A stretch of 64,000 nucleotides of DNA, taken from NCBI GenBank assembly GCA_951406725.2, contig OX597829.1:17050001-17114000 (forward strand). Reading direction: 5' to 3'. The number at the start of each line of letters is the position of its first letter. Position 1 is the stretch's first letter. Below are positions 13,253 to 26,935 of the stretch, in pieces. A program made the position numbers and the translations under genes. The notes under the pieces were generated by a model that worked only from the letters and a program-made list of their open reading frames with translations, made no database searches and was not told where the DNA came from. Source of the DNA: Octopus vulgaris (Eukaryota).

Positions 13253-16200
13253 AGCAAAAACTGTAAGGGCAGGGAAAGAAACACCTGCAAATTCTACCTG
13301 AGGGGGGACTGCTGGTACGGCGTTGAAGGTGCAAACTGTCGCTTTGCACATCGGAGGCCCTACCAAAACCGCACGGACGCGAGACAGAGGTCCCTCCCTC
13401 AGGGAGAACAAAAACAAAAACAAAAAGAAAAAGTTAAAAGAAGGGAAAAAAGCGCACTGACCACTACTGAAAGACGGTATGCAGATGTGGTGCGCGGAAA
13501 CCCAACAGGTGGCCAGCTTCACCCAGATGTGAGAAGGGCGGCAGCTGAACAGCAGTCTTTTTGTGCATGGCACAAAAAATTGTTCAGCAGCTGACCTGGC
13601 TACAAGCACAAAGCTGGAACTACCACCACATAAGGCCACCTCCAACAGATGCAGGATGGCCACCACATAAGGCCACCTCCAACAGATGCAGGATGGCCAC
13701 CACAGACACCAACACCAACACACACACCACAAAAATATTTCTACTGAATGTAGGAGGGCTGCTGCGCGGAAACTGTAAAAATAAAATTTCATTCCTGAGA
13801 GACCTTGTGACATGCAATCAAGCTATATGCATGGCACTCACAGAAACGCATCTTGAACCCGATATAGGTGATGCAGAAATACAAATGCCGCAATATGCAG
13901 TCATACGCACAGATAGAAAAGGGAGGAGCCATGGTGGAGTTGCAATGTACATCCGAGATGACCTCACGCCCCAGGTCCTGCTGTCATATTCAAACTCAGT
14001 ATGTGAAACTCAAATTGTACACATAAGACAACTGAATATCGTCATATGCACTACATATCGCCCACCAGATGCCCCAAAACACTCAGGCATGTTTGAAGAC
14101 TGCCTAACAAAAATAGGAGAAGTCCTCACCAACCTTGAACAGCACAACAGTGTATTCTTCATGGGTGACTTTAACCTCCCCAATGTGGAATGGCCTGGGG
14201 GGCAGATGCTCCCAGGGATGACACACCATCAGCAGGCACAGGTGGAGTCCCTGCTCCATCTCACAAATGTCTCTTTCATGGAGCAAATAGTTCTGCAACC
14301 AACAAGGGCAGATAATATACTGGATCTCTGCTTCACAAACAATATGGATATTATCCATAATGTTAATGTGATGCCGACAATGATCTCGGATAACAACATA
14401 ATAGAGCTGTCTATGTATGGAACAAAAGCCCCCGCAGACACACAGCCTATACGAAGCACCCACCATCTCTCCAACTTAAACTTTTATAAAGCCAACTGGA
14501 AGTCGATTGAGAAAGAGATCCTCAAACAGGATTGGCCTGAATGTCTCTCCACACCGGACATAAACATGAAACACAAACACTTCATGTCCATAATACAAGC
14601 CATATGTGACAAATATGTCCCAATGTGCAGGGCCAGCACACTCAAGAACAAAAACAGGATCCCTAGAGAAAGGAGGATTCTTATGAGACGACGGACAAGG
14701 ATTGCAAACCGCCTGAGCAAGCACACCAAAAGTGGTGAGAAGTCTCGGCTCGAAAGAATGCTAATGGAAACTGAGAAAAGTCTACATCAGTCCCATGAAA
14801 AGGAGAGAGCAGATAAAGAAGCTTGGGTGATAGAAAATATAAAATCAAACCCTAAAGCTTTCTTTAAGTTTGCCAAAGAGACAGCCACAGTGCACCAGAG
14901 AATAGGACCTCTCTTCCAAAAAGATGGCTCTCTCACAGGAAATCCCACGAGGATAAGTGAAATACTGAACGAACAGTTCCAAAGTGTGTTCACTACACCT
15001 CTAGGACACAGGCAAGTAAACAACCCAGAAGAATTCTTTGCCACTTTACCAGCGGCCAAAGAGACAAAAATTGAGTACATCAACATCGAAGATGATGATA
15101 TCACACTAGCCATTGATGAGATTGACACAAACTCAGCTGCTGGACCTGATGGATTCCCAGCGATCCTTCTCAAATCGTGCAAACGAGCCCTTGCAAAACC
15201 GCTACAGCTTCTTTTTCAGAGCTTTCTTACAAGTGGTAAGCTCCCAGTCAAACTGAAAGAGGGGGTAATATGCCCTATCCATAAGGGAGGTAGCAGAGCA
15301 GATGCTAAAAATTATAGGCCTATCTCTCTGACCTCACACATCAGCAAAGTCATGGAACGAATAGTCCGTAAGAAACTAATCATGTTCCTTGAAGAAAATG
15401 ACTTACTGTCTAACACCCAGCATGGATTTCGACCAGGTAGAGGCTACCTAACACAGCTCCTGCAACACTATGACTGGGTGTTGAAACAGCTACTAAATGG
15501 CTCAAATGTGGATGTAATATATCTTGACTTTGCAAAAGCCTTTGATAAAGTCGACCATGGTATGATCTGTCACAAACTGCGTGGTCTCGGCATAGGCGGG
15601 AAACTTGGAGAGTGGCTGCACAACTTCCTAAAAGACAGAAAACAGGCAGTTGTGAGCAATGGAGCCACCTCCAAGGAAACGCAAATAACAAGCGGTGTCC
15701 CACAGGGCACTGTCTTGGGGCCACTGATGTTCATAGTGGCCCTTTCAGACATGCCTTCAGTTGCTACGATGACCACCCTTGCTAGCTATGCAGATGACAC
15801 AAAAGTCACCCACGCAATACAAAACCCTGAAAATATTGCGCATCTGCAACATGAGCTGGACACAATATACAGGTGGGCTGAGGACAACAACATGCAGTTT
15901 AATGCAGGTAAGTTCCAGGCCCTGCGCTACTGGCACACTAAGGTAAATGACGTGAAGACTGGATACACTGGCCCAGGAAGAATTGCAATCCCTGAGTCAA
16001 AATCAGTGCGTGACCTGGGCATTGACATGAGCAATGATGCATCTTTCCAAATGCATATTGCTAATCTGGTGATAAAATGCAGACGGCTAGCTGGATGGAT
16101 TCTCCGAACTTTCAGAACAAGAGAGAAGGAGACACTGATGGTCCTATGGAAAACATTCGTCCTCAGCCGCTTGGACTACTGCTCCCAACTTTGGTCACCA
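13253..16200 (+). mobile_element. CR1-group LINE, 3'-truncated
   Basis: ORF1-like CCCH zinc finger at 13286-13351 (CKFYLRGDCWYGVEGANCRFAH), then the APE-RT ORF; ends abruptly at a Helitron fragment. Confidence 0.85.
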
Positions 16201-16227
16201 CGACCACCCTTGGACAGTTTTAAATGA
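13561..16227 (+). CDS. LINE ORF2: AP endonuclease plus reverse transcriptase (C-terminus chimeric, true start uncertain)
   Basis: APE motifs LNVGGL, LTETHL, GDFNLP, LDLCF, SDN; RT motifs YRPISLTS, QHGFRPGR, YLDFAKAFDKVDH, GVPQGTVLGP, YADD. Confidence 0.85.
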   Translation: MCMAQKIVQQLTWLQAQSWNYHHIRPPPTDAGWPPHKATSNRCRMATTDTNTNTHTTKIFLLNVGGLLRGNCKNKISFLRDLVTCNQAICMALTETHLEPDIGDAEIQMPQYAVIRTDRKGRSHGGVAMYIRDDLTPQVLLSYSNSVCETQIVHIRQLNIVICTTYRPPDAPKHSGMFEDCLTKIGEVLTNLEQHNSVFFMGDFNLPNVEWPGGQMLPGMTHHQQAQVESLLHLTNVSFMEQIVLQPTRADNILDLCFTNNMDIIHNVNVMPTMISDNNIIELSMYGTKAPADTQPIRSTHHLSNLNFYKANWKSIEKEILKQDWPECLSTPDINMKHKHFMSIIQAICDKYVPMCRASTLKNKNRIPRERRILMRRRTRIANRLSKHTKSGEKSRLERMLMETEKSLHQSHEKERADKEAWVIENIKSNPKAFFKFAKETATVHQRIGPLFQKDGSLTGNPTRISEILNEQFQSVFTTPLGHRQVNNPEEFFATLPAAKETKIEYINIEDDDITLAIDEIDTNSAAGPDGFPAILLKSCKRALAKPLQLLFQSFLTSGKLPVKLKEGVICPIHKGGSRADAKNYRPISLTSHISKVMERIVRKKLIMFLEENDLLSNTQHGFRPGRGYLTQLLQHYDWVLKQLLNGSNVDVIYLDFAKAFDKVDHGMICHKLRGLGIGGKLGEWLHNFLKDRKQAVVSNGATSKETQITSGVPQGTVLGPLMFIVALSDMPSVATMTTLASYADDTKVTHAIQNPENIAHLQHELDTIYRWAEDNNMQFNAGKFQALRYWHTKVNDVKTGYTGPGRIAIPESKSVRDLGIDMSNDASFQMHIANLVIKCRRLAGWILRTFRTREKETLMVLWKTFVLSRLDYCSQLWSPRPPLDSFK

Positions 16228-16319
16228 CCATAGAAAGTGCGAGCCCTCTAACTGAAAAATTGTGGATTTGTATAAAGGATACACACACACACACATTTTG
16301 CCATTTATATATAGAGAGA
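16199..16319 (-). mobile_element. Non-autonomous Helitron 5' fragment
   Basis: Matches 21216-21350; begins A|TC on the minus strand. Confidence 0.7.
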
Positions 16320-16343
16320 TACATATGTATATATACAAGCATA

Positions 16344-16401
<58 letters not shown>

Positions 16402-16825
16402 CTGACAGATAGGATGTATATGTGTATATATATTATGATATTATGAATTTATTAAATATATTAATATTAGATATTTACGTTCATGATTTCTCACGTAATG
16501 AAATAATTGTATCAGCAGAATTAAAAATAATACCTTAAATTGTAATCTTTGATTTAATATATTTATTTAAGCATGTTAGCATGTATATGTATATACATTT
16601 TTGTCCTTGCACATATATAATTAAATATCTAATGAAGATCAATATGTAATTAAATATATAATTAAAATACACATACATACCCATACAAATACATGCGTAT
16701 AAATACGAATATATGCATATATTTACACGTACATACGAGGCAACTCTTATTGTCCATCTCAAACCCGTAGGTATTTGATCAGAATAATACAGCAGTAAAT
16801 ATAATGACCGGGGTGGATAAATATA

Positions 16826-17045
16826 CAGTAATCTCTTGACTAACGCAGGTGTTACGTTCCAAAATCCCCGCAATAAGTGAGAATCCGCGAAGTAGCAACA
16901 GTACAGTATTGTATATTTTTTTTAATTATTTTTAATTTGTATATATTCATTTTATTATAAATGCAAAACAACACTATAGAGGAATCGAGGTAAGCTTAAA
17001 TAATAAACCACGATAGGTGAACCGCGATATAGCGATGGATTACTG
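16826..17045. mobile_element. Tigger/pogo-like MITE
   Basis: TA-CAGTAATC...GATTACTG-TA termini with imperfect ~24-bp TIRs. Confidence 0.7.
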
Positions 17046-17975
17046 TACATATATACATAATAAAGGATAACATCATTAAAAATTAATGATTTTATCAGTG
17101 GCCAGCATATAATAAAAAAACCATACAGGTGAAATCAATATATTAATATATAATTATCTATAATACATTAAAAGTCAGTTTGAATCTTTCTTGCAATACT
17201 ACCCAGCCAAACTATTGCATAATGGGAAAATACTATGAATTAATTTACCCTGAAATGTTAATACAAACGGAATAAAAAAAGTTTCGCGTAAATCGGATAA
17301 TAGAGGTTTTCCGTTATAAATACCCAAAACGGTGCATAATGGGAAAATATTCCGAAAATAATCTTAATCCTGGAAGGGAAGAAACTCTTATGTTTCGATT
17401 AGACAACCGACTTGACAACAAAAAAATACGAATTCTTTTTTTATTTGTACAGTAAATGCTTCTATTTTCGATTTTGTTAAACACATCATTTTAATCATTT
17501 AGAAATATATCAAAAATGTAAGTTGTTTGTACAGTAAGATTTTATATTTTAGCTTTCTTTAAACAGACAATATTTTAATGTTTTTTAAAAATTATTTTCA
17601 AGTGAATACCATTCCAAAAATTTATTGGCATATTTAAAAAATATTTTAAAATGAAAATAACTTTGAATATACGGTAAATATTTCGTAAACGACCCGTTCG
17701 TAACCTCGGTGTGAAATATTTTTTCCGTAGGTTTTTCGAGTGCATTCAACGTATCTCACCTCCAAATATTTGACTGCTATTTCTAGCACGCCCTGCCACC
17801 ATGTAACAGCTATTTGCGATAAAGGACCCGAAGCATGTATGTGTGTGTTATAGGTGTGTATATAAGTGGTGGGGGAACGTGGATTAGGGGTTAGGTTCGG
17901 CTCATGATAGTATGAGCATGAGTGATTTCCGCTTGCGCATTGTACACTTAAGCAAGAAACTTTATTGCATCTTTC

Positions 17976-18345
17976 TGCATGGGAGTGGATGTGTGGTAAG
18001 TAGCTTGCTAACCAACCACACGGTTGCGGGTTCAGTCCCACTGCGTGGCATCTTGGGCAAGTGTCTTCTGCTATAGCCCCGGCCCGACCAATGCCTTGTG
18101 AGTGGATTTGGTAGACGGAAACTGAAAGAAGCCTGTCGTATATATATATATATATGTATATGTGTGTGTGTTTGTGTGTCTGTGTTTGTCCCCCTAGCAT
18201 TGCTTGACAACCGATGCTGGTGTGTTTAGGTCCCCATCACTTAGCGGTTCGGCAAAAAGAGACCGATAGAATAAGTACTAAAAGGTGGTGCTCCAGCATG
18301 GCCGCAGTAAAAATGACTGAAACAAGTAAAAGAGTAAAAGAGAGA
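17976..18345 (+). mobile_element. tRNA-derived CORE-type SINE family B (octopus OR-like)
   Basis: Head TGG.TGTGTGGTAAG...GGGTTCAGTCCC, CORE-like CTTGGGCAAGT, internal microsatellite, GTAAAAGA tail; other copies near 11200, 23615, 30060, 55410 and 56415. Confidence 0.8.
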
Positions 18346-18574
18346 GTATGCCATATAGCTGGCAAAAATGAGTGGCAGCATGTAATACAAATGGCCAGCC
18401 TTGTCTCATTCTGTGTTAAGGTGAATCTCCTTGAGAGCTACGCTAAGGGTTCATGTGTCTGGAGAATACTGAGCCACATACACGTTCATTTCACGAGCAG
18501 GCTTTTCTGTTGATCAGATCATCTGGAACACTCGTCTTCATAACCGACGGTTTGCCATTTTCGTTTAGTGTATG

Positions 18575-18632
<58 letters not shown>

Positions 18633-18659
18633 TATATATATAACTTATAAATATATATA

Positions 18660-18900
18660 TATAACTTATAAACAAGGGCAGAAGAAACATTTATTTCTAT
18701 GCCAATATGCTGAGAACAGACTTTTAATCGTCAATTACTACATTACAATATACATTCATTATAAATACACGTCGTGCTGAAATCGAGGATCTCAGCACGA
18801 CGTGTATTTATAATGAATGTATAATGAAATGTGGAAATTGACGATTTCTCAGCATATTGGCATAGAAATAATTTTTCTTTTGCCCTTATTTTTAAGTTAT
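18660..18900. repeat. Foldback inverted repeat
   Basis: Perfect 32-bp arms 18749-18780 / 18792-18823, extended by imperfect outer arms. Confidence 0.85.
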
Positions 18901-18984
18901 TTATAATTTTAACCTTTAAATGGATTTTGATATGCTGCCACATTTGATGAAATTTTTTTCTGAAAAATATTTAATCCTATATTA

Positions 18985-19035
<51 letters not shown>

Positions 19036-19040
<5 letters not shown>

Positions 19041-19234
19041 AGAGTTTACGAAAAAAACAAAAGACGAAGACAGGTGGTGTACAAAACAAACACAGATGTA
19101 TTAGTATAACGCTTAGGAATAGAAAAAGTCTTTTACGTTTCGAGCCTACGTTCTTCTACAGAAAGGGACACAAAAAAACAAGGAGAGAAACAAGGAGAGA
19201 AAAAATGTGTGTAGTGGTTAACGATCTATCATAG

Positions 19235-19237
<3 letters not shown>
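19036..19237 (-). mobile_element. ~200-bp PLE pseudo-LTR-like repeat inside (TA)n, with hammerhead-like fold
   Basis: Homologous to 36717-36909; fold at 19130-19165. Confidence 0.6.
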
Positions 19238-19292
<55 letters not shown>

Positions 19293-19603
19293 TAGATTGC
19301 TAGAAATAAGAGCTAAAATGTTCTAATGGTGTAGTCAACACACATAATTGTATACATGTATTCAGACAGGGATTATAATTCAGTATAAGGAATTCTCGAA
19401 CGTCGTTTTCGGACAATTATATTCCCTGTATGTATGTATGTATGTACACAATTATGAGTTTTGATCACAATGTTAGAGCATTTTAGCTCTTGTTTCTAGC
19501 AATGTAGGTGTTTATATCACCCTAGTAGCATTTAGTGACAATTATAGTTTTCCTTTTTGATAAAACATTGCAAACTGTTGTCTATTTTGATTTATATATG
19601 TAT

Positions 19604-19764
19604 AGGCGTAGGAGTGGCTGTGTGGTAAGTAGCTTGATTACCAGCCATGTGGCTCCGGGTCAGTGCCATTGCGCGGCACCTTGGGCAAGTATCTTCTACT
19701 ATAGCCTTGGGCTACCAAAGCCTTGTGAGTCGATTTAGTAGATGGAAACTGCAAGAAGCTCGTA

Positions 19765-19808
<44 letters not shown>

Positions 19809-20036
19809 GTGTGTATATATGTTTGTGTGTCTGTGTTTGTCCCCCCTACATCGCTTGACAACCGATGCTGGTGTGTTTACGTCCCCGTAACCTGGCGGTT
19901 CGGCAAAAGTGACCGATAGAATAAGTACTAGGCTTACAAAGAATAAGTCCTGGGGTTGATTTGCCCGACTAAAGGCGGTGCTCCAGCATGGCCACAGTCA
20001 AATGATTGAAACAAGTAAGAGAGTAAAGAGTAAGAG
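19604..20036 (+). mobile_element. SINE family B, near full length
   Basis: Same structure as 17976-18345. Confidence 0.85.
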
Positions 20037-20075
20037 TATACATACATACTACATACATACATACATGTACATGCA

Positions 20076-20109
<34 letters not shown>

Positions 20110-20276
20110 CTAACATACATACATACATACATACATGCATACATACATACATATATACTAACATACATACATACATACATACATGCATACATACATACAT
20201 ACATACATACATACAAACATACATACATACATACATACATACATACATACATACATACATGCATACATACATACTA

Positions 20277-20309
<33 letters not shown>

Positions 20310-20355
20310 CTAACATACATACATACATACATACATACATACTAACATACATACA

Positions 20356-20387
<32 letters not shown>

Positions 20388-20491
20388 CACATACATGCAT
20401 ACATACATACATACTAACATACATACATACATACATACATGCATACATATACACATACATACATACATACATACATACTAACATACATACA

Positions 20492-20523
<32 letters not shown>

Positions 20524-20707
20524 CACATACATACATACATACATACATACTAACATACATACATACATACATGCATACATACATACATACATACATACAT
20601 ACATACTAACATACATACATACATACATACATACATACATGCATACATACATACTAACATACATACATACATACATACATACATACATACATACATACAT
20701 ACATACA

Positions 20708-20743
<36 letters not shown>

Positions 20744-20965
20744 TATATGGTAGAAGTTTGCATAACATCCATAATTTCATTGCTTTCCGTTGTTAATTTC
20801 ATTGTTTAGCCCCGGGTCGGCGCTAAATCAGCGAATCACATTACCAAAAGTACTCCCGTCTTTTCTTCTCCTTACTATGTATCTTCATCTTATATGTTAC
20901 ATTAGTTGTTTAGGTTTAACCTGCAATTTTATATTCAAATGGGGGAAAAGGGTTTTATAAAATAA

Positions 20966-21350
20966 CTAGCACTATGACCCGGCAACGCCGGGTCATAGTG
21001 CTAGTGCATGCATATACAGCTGCGTGAGTGCGTGCGCACATACACGCGAGTACTGTTTAAATCTCCGACCAATCACATACAGCTAGTTGGCATTTAATTG
21101 GCGTATCAAGTTTCGGGCATGTTGATTGGGTTTTGGATAGGAAAAAACACAAAAAAGTCACTTCTATTGATTTTTTAATGGCTTTGCGGGGTGACTGGGG
21201 AAATGTAAAGATGTGCACGACCACCCTTGGACGGTTTTGAATGACCATAGAAAGTGCGAGCCCTCTAACTAAAAAATTGTGGATTTGTATAAAGGGCACA
21301 CACACACACACACACACAGAGGCAGACATTTTGCCGTTTATATATAGAGA
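20966..21350 (-). mobile_element. Non-autonomous Helitron
   Basis: Minus strand starts A|TC and ends CTAG|T, with a terminal GC-rich palindrome (19-bp arms, 20965-21005); no TSD. Confidence 0.75.
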
Positions 21351-22106
21351 TGACAGTGCTGACCTGTCGTATGGTTTGGTTGCCTTTCTTTATTTAAGAT
21401 AGCAGCATGTATAATATTTAACCTCTGATTCTATTAGGTCAGAAAGCACTCCATTAGCTTGAGGGACTCTCCAATTTCAAAATGGGCTCTTTTTTTTCCA
21501 AAATGGACATCTACATCTACCATCATAAGCATACGATACGGAAACTTTATTGTACGAGTTTCCAATTTACGGCAGTTTTAATTAAAATTTTAAAGAATAC
21601 CTTTATTTTATTTCCATGGAAACAGAATGAGGGACAAAAAAAAAAATTAAAGACTACCAGCTTCTTACGATTTATTATTCCCATGGAGATTCTTTTACGA
21701 AATTATTCTTTACTGTAATCATAATACAACCACACCTATTTAAGGAAACGGTTTCACGTTGATTCGTAACAGGGAATCGTAAAAATTTGATATTATTGAA
21801 ACAGCTTATTAACTTGGGAAAAGTGAAATTTCTGTCACTGTCTTTTCTCATACATCTCATTAGAGAATGCTTTCAGCATCCGCAACGATTCGCCTCATTC
21901 TGGTGATAAGAAAACGTCAGTTGAATATTTGTATTATCAGCCTCTTTAATTTTTCTTATCAAAGACCTCATACCAAGAATAGCTCCTTCGTTATTGCCCC
22001 CTTTTTTCTTCCATGCCAGTTCAGCCCTCCAACGGAGTAAGAATATACTTTAACCCCTATTAACTTGTTTTTACTAAAAGACCTTTACATATATGTTTCT
22101 AGACAG

Positions 22107-22276
<170 letters not shown>

Positions 22277-22431
22277 AAACGTAGCTATATATGTGTGTAT
22301 ATGTATACATATATATATACACACACTCATGTATTCATTAATATATGTTATATACATATGCTTTCATTTGTTCATATACATACGCGCACACACACCGCAC
22401 ACACACCACACGCACACATATACATTCATAC

Positions 22432-22502
<71 letters not shown>

Positions 22503-22513
22503 AATGTGCAGAG

Positions 22514-22546
<33 letters not shown>

Positions 22547-22863
22547 TACACACACACAATGCGGCTGAGGGTTTAGTGTTAGACATTTACTACAGGAGAC
22601 TTGTTAAATGATTTTTCTTTTAATATTTTTCCCTATTAATCATTTTTGTTTTGTTTTTATTTTATTTTTATTTTTTGTTGTATATTTTTTTCTGATTCTT
22701 TTGTTTTCTTTCTTCTTATTATTATTGTTTTTATTTATCAGTCACTAATTTGACGTCTAAGTGTTTCAATTACAAGAAGAATAATCAGAAAATTGATGAC
22801 GACCTTTCCCCGCTTTACTATTAATCCTAGACTGAAAGAAAGGTTAATTACTTCACTTTATCT

Positions 22864-23026
22864 TGCAGGCGCTGTCGTGTGGTAAGAAGCTTGCTTCCCA
22901 ACCACATGATTCCGGGTTCAGTCCCGCTGCGTGGCACTTTGGGCAAGTGACTTCTTCTGTAGCCTCAGCCCGACCTAAGCCTTGTGAGTAGATTTGGTAA
23001 ACGGAAACTGAAAGAAAGCCCGTCGC

Positions 23027-23084
<58 letters not shown>

Positions 23085-23164
23085 TTATATATATATACAT
23101 ATTTATATATATATACATATATATATATATATAATATATATATATATTTATACATATATATATA

Positions 23165-23197
<33 letters not shown>

Positions 23198-23431
23198 GCG
23201 TGTGTGTGTATGTATGTATGTGTTTGTTTGTTGTGTCTGTGTTTGTCCCCCACCATCGCTTGACAACCGATGTCGGTGTGTTTACGTCCCCGTCAACTAG
23301 CAATTCGGCAAAAAGAGACCGACAGAATTAGTACTAGGTTTACAAAGAATAAGTCCTATAGTCCATTTGCTCGACTAAAGGCGGCGTTCCAGCATGGCCG
23401 CAGTTAAATGCCTGAAACAAGTAAAAGAGTA
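22864..23431 (+). mobile_element. SINE family B with expanded internal (TA)n
   Basis: Family B head, CORE-like segment and tail. Confidence 0.8.
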
Positions 23432-24069
23432 AACGCCATTGAGAGAGAACCTCTGCATGGACTCTTGACAGGTTAGAAAAAACAACAGACAAAACCTCAC
23501 TTGATTCCTTGGTAACCGTTTTGTTTTTATCACAAAGGGGGACTTTAAGTAATTTAGTCTAGATATAAATTTAAAAATAGACGACTGTATCAACCAAAAT
23601 TTTCCTTTCTTTTAATTTTTACTTCGTTCAGTCATTGGATTCCGCCCATGCTGGAGCATCACCTTGAAGGGTTTGATCGAAGAAATAGATCCCAGCACTT
23701 ATTTTTATTTTTAAAGTCTAGTTCTTATTCTATTGGTCACTTACGCCAAACGAAGTTACAGTGACGTGAACAAACCAGCACCGGTTGTCAAGCTGTCTAA
23801 TGGAACACAAACACTGATACAAAGACACCGCGATACGTACATACATACATACGTAGCCGTGTGAGTGTATGAAAGACAGGCTTCTTTCAGTTTCCATCTA
23901 CCAAATCCACTTACAAAATATTAGTCGATCCAGGCTATTTGCATTATAGTAAGACACTTGTGCAACGTACTGCACAGTCGGACTGAACCTGGAACCTCGC
24001 AGTTCAAAGCGAGTCTTAACTGCACAGCTATGCCTACATACAGTAAGTAAACTATATATTAGTCTCCAA

Positions 24070-24485
24070 GGCGGCGAGCTGGCAGAAACGTTAGCACGCC
24101 GGCCGTAATGCTTAGCTGTATTTCGTCTGCAGTTACGTTCTGAGTTCAAATTCCACCGAGGTCGACTTTGCCTTTCATCCTTTCGGGGTCGATTAAATAA
24201 GTACCAGGTACGCACTGGGGTCGATATAATCGACTTAATATGTTTGTCTGTCCTTGTTTATCCTCTTTGTGTTTAGCTCCTTGTTGGTAGTAAAGAAATA
24301 GGTATTTCGTCTGCCTTTACGTTCTGAGTTCAAATTCCGCCGCGGTCGACTTTGCCTTTCATCCTTTCGGGATCGATTAAATAAAGTACCAGTTTCGCAC
24401 TGGGGTCGATATAATCGACTTAATCCGTTTGTCTGTCCTTGTTTGTCCCCTCTGTGTTTGGCCTCTTGTGAGTAATAAAGAAATA
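24070..24485 (+). mobile_element. SINE family A head-to-tail dimer
   Basis: Junction AAAGAAATAG|GTATTTCG; TSD TATATAT(T/C)AGTCTCCAA at 24053-24069 and 24486-24502. Confidence 0.85.
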
Positions 24486-25544
24486 TATATATCAGTCTCC
24501 AACTTGTGGCAGTTCAAATTTGATTTTTTTTCAGAACGTCGTTATGAACTGCTCCACGAAAGTAGAATGAGAAACAAAATTAAGACGTACCAGCTTCCCG
24601 CAGTCTTTTGTTCTCTCTATTATTCTATCTCATTACCTACAATACGTGTGGAGATCACTTCTCAAAATTTTCTTTTAGGCTGTTGTATTTCAGAATGGTC
24701 ATTTTGCCAGTTTAGCCAATAAAAACACACGCACTATATATTTGGTGTTACTTTGCTTCAGCGTTATTTATTTTTTGCATTAATCTTAATCTTACTTTTA
24801 GGCTGTTTAAAAAAAAAGATGATCATGGTTTGAAGACCCTTCCTAGGAGGAATTCCAACCAGGCAGACGCTAAAGACATCATCAGGAAGAACCACGTCCG
24901 GTTTCGGCCCCTACTCCTCTACCGTTTTCGATGTGGCGGAGTCCCTCCTTTCGGAGGTGTCTTCAGCTCTGGTGTTGAGTGCATTTCTTCTTTTTTCTCT
25001 TTCTGTCTTCTGTTCCATGGCCTCTTCGATGCAGCGTCAACGAATGTCGGCGAGCGACTGACCATCCTGCCAAATTTCCCTTTAAATACTTACTGGTAGG
25101 CTCCAGCAGCCAGCACCGGCTAGTTGTCAAGTGACACTGTTTAAACTTCAACTGACCAATGGAGGGGAAATGTGCGTAATCTTAGACTACATTCTCACAA
25201 AACCTGCCTTCAAACAGTATCATGTTAGTTACAGTTCCAGCAGCCAGATCCGACCAGGTGTTTGGTGGTACAAGCCTTCGAACCAGGAGGACGGGGCGGC
25301 ATCAACGAGACCGCTACCTGTAAATCAGCGATGCTGCTTAAGCGTTAACCAGTCTCACCAAGCGATGCTATTTCCAGCCGGCATGCCATGGTTTTCAAGC
25401 CATTTTACTACATCAAAGATTACTCAAAATCAAACAATTATAACAACGAAAGTAATTGTATATACGCATTATATACAAGTACTTACAAATTACAGGTTCA
25501 AGGACTCTTAATTCTCGTTTCTTTTTGGCACAAATAGTGTACAG

Positions 25545-25662
25545 ACGACAATGATGATGTTGATGATGATAATGATGATGATAATGATGATGATTGTAAT
25601 GATGATGACGAGAAGGATAATGGTGATGATGCCAACGACGACGATGACGATGCCGACAACGC

Positions 25663-25750
<88 letters not shown>

Positions 25751-25796
25751 AAGAAGAAGAAGAAGAAGAAGAAGAAGAAGAAATAATAATGATGAC

Positions 25797-25831
<35 letters not shown>

Positions 25832-25871
25832 CGAGGAGGATAATGGTGATGATGCCAACGACGAAGACGAC

Positions 25872-25960
<89 letters not shown>

Positions 25961-26045
25961 CGACGACGACGACGACGACGACGCACAACAGCAGCTAAAA
26001 GCAAGAACAGTGAAAACAGCAGCATCAACAACAACAACAATAATA
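25545..26045. repeat. Compound trinucleotide microsatellite (GAT/AAT/GAA/GAC)
   Basis: Direct observation; contains an internal duplicated block GGATAATGGTGATGATGCCAACGACGA. Confidence 0.9.
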
Positions 26046-26511
26046 CAAAGCAAAATTTGTTGAAGAATAAGAGAAACAAAAAAAAATAAAGAATCCAGCA
26101 GAATGAATGGTAAGTGGAAGACCACTGCTACAATGACATTCGATGCTTTGAGTAAACAGGCAATTAATTTTTCACGCGGTTTGCTTTTCAATTCATTTTT
26201 GTTTCTGTTCTGTAAATGTTTTCGCTTTCTGTCAAACGTTTCAACTTTTTAAAAAACATTAAAACTATACTCTCACAACTTTTAACTTTTAGATACGGTG
26301 TTTATGTTTTTTATCCACGAAAAAGTTGCAGTTGTTAAAACAAAGGCTTAGCCGCAAAACAATGAACACATTTTTCTATTATTAACCGATAACAAAAAGA
26401 AATATATATATATATATATATATATGCATACATATTATATATACATATAAAGAAGTTATATACCCTTTAGTCAGTGAAAACACAAGTTTGAAATCCTTGT
26501 GTGCTTTCGCA

Positions 26512-26935
<424 letters not shown>

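Noticed and set aside
24875-24970. CTGAAGA...GAAACCGG and CTGATGA on the minus strand
   Set aside because: U16.1 is missing and no consistent helix I or II could be drawn.
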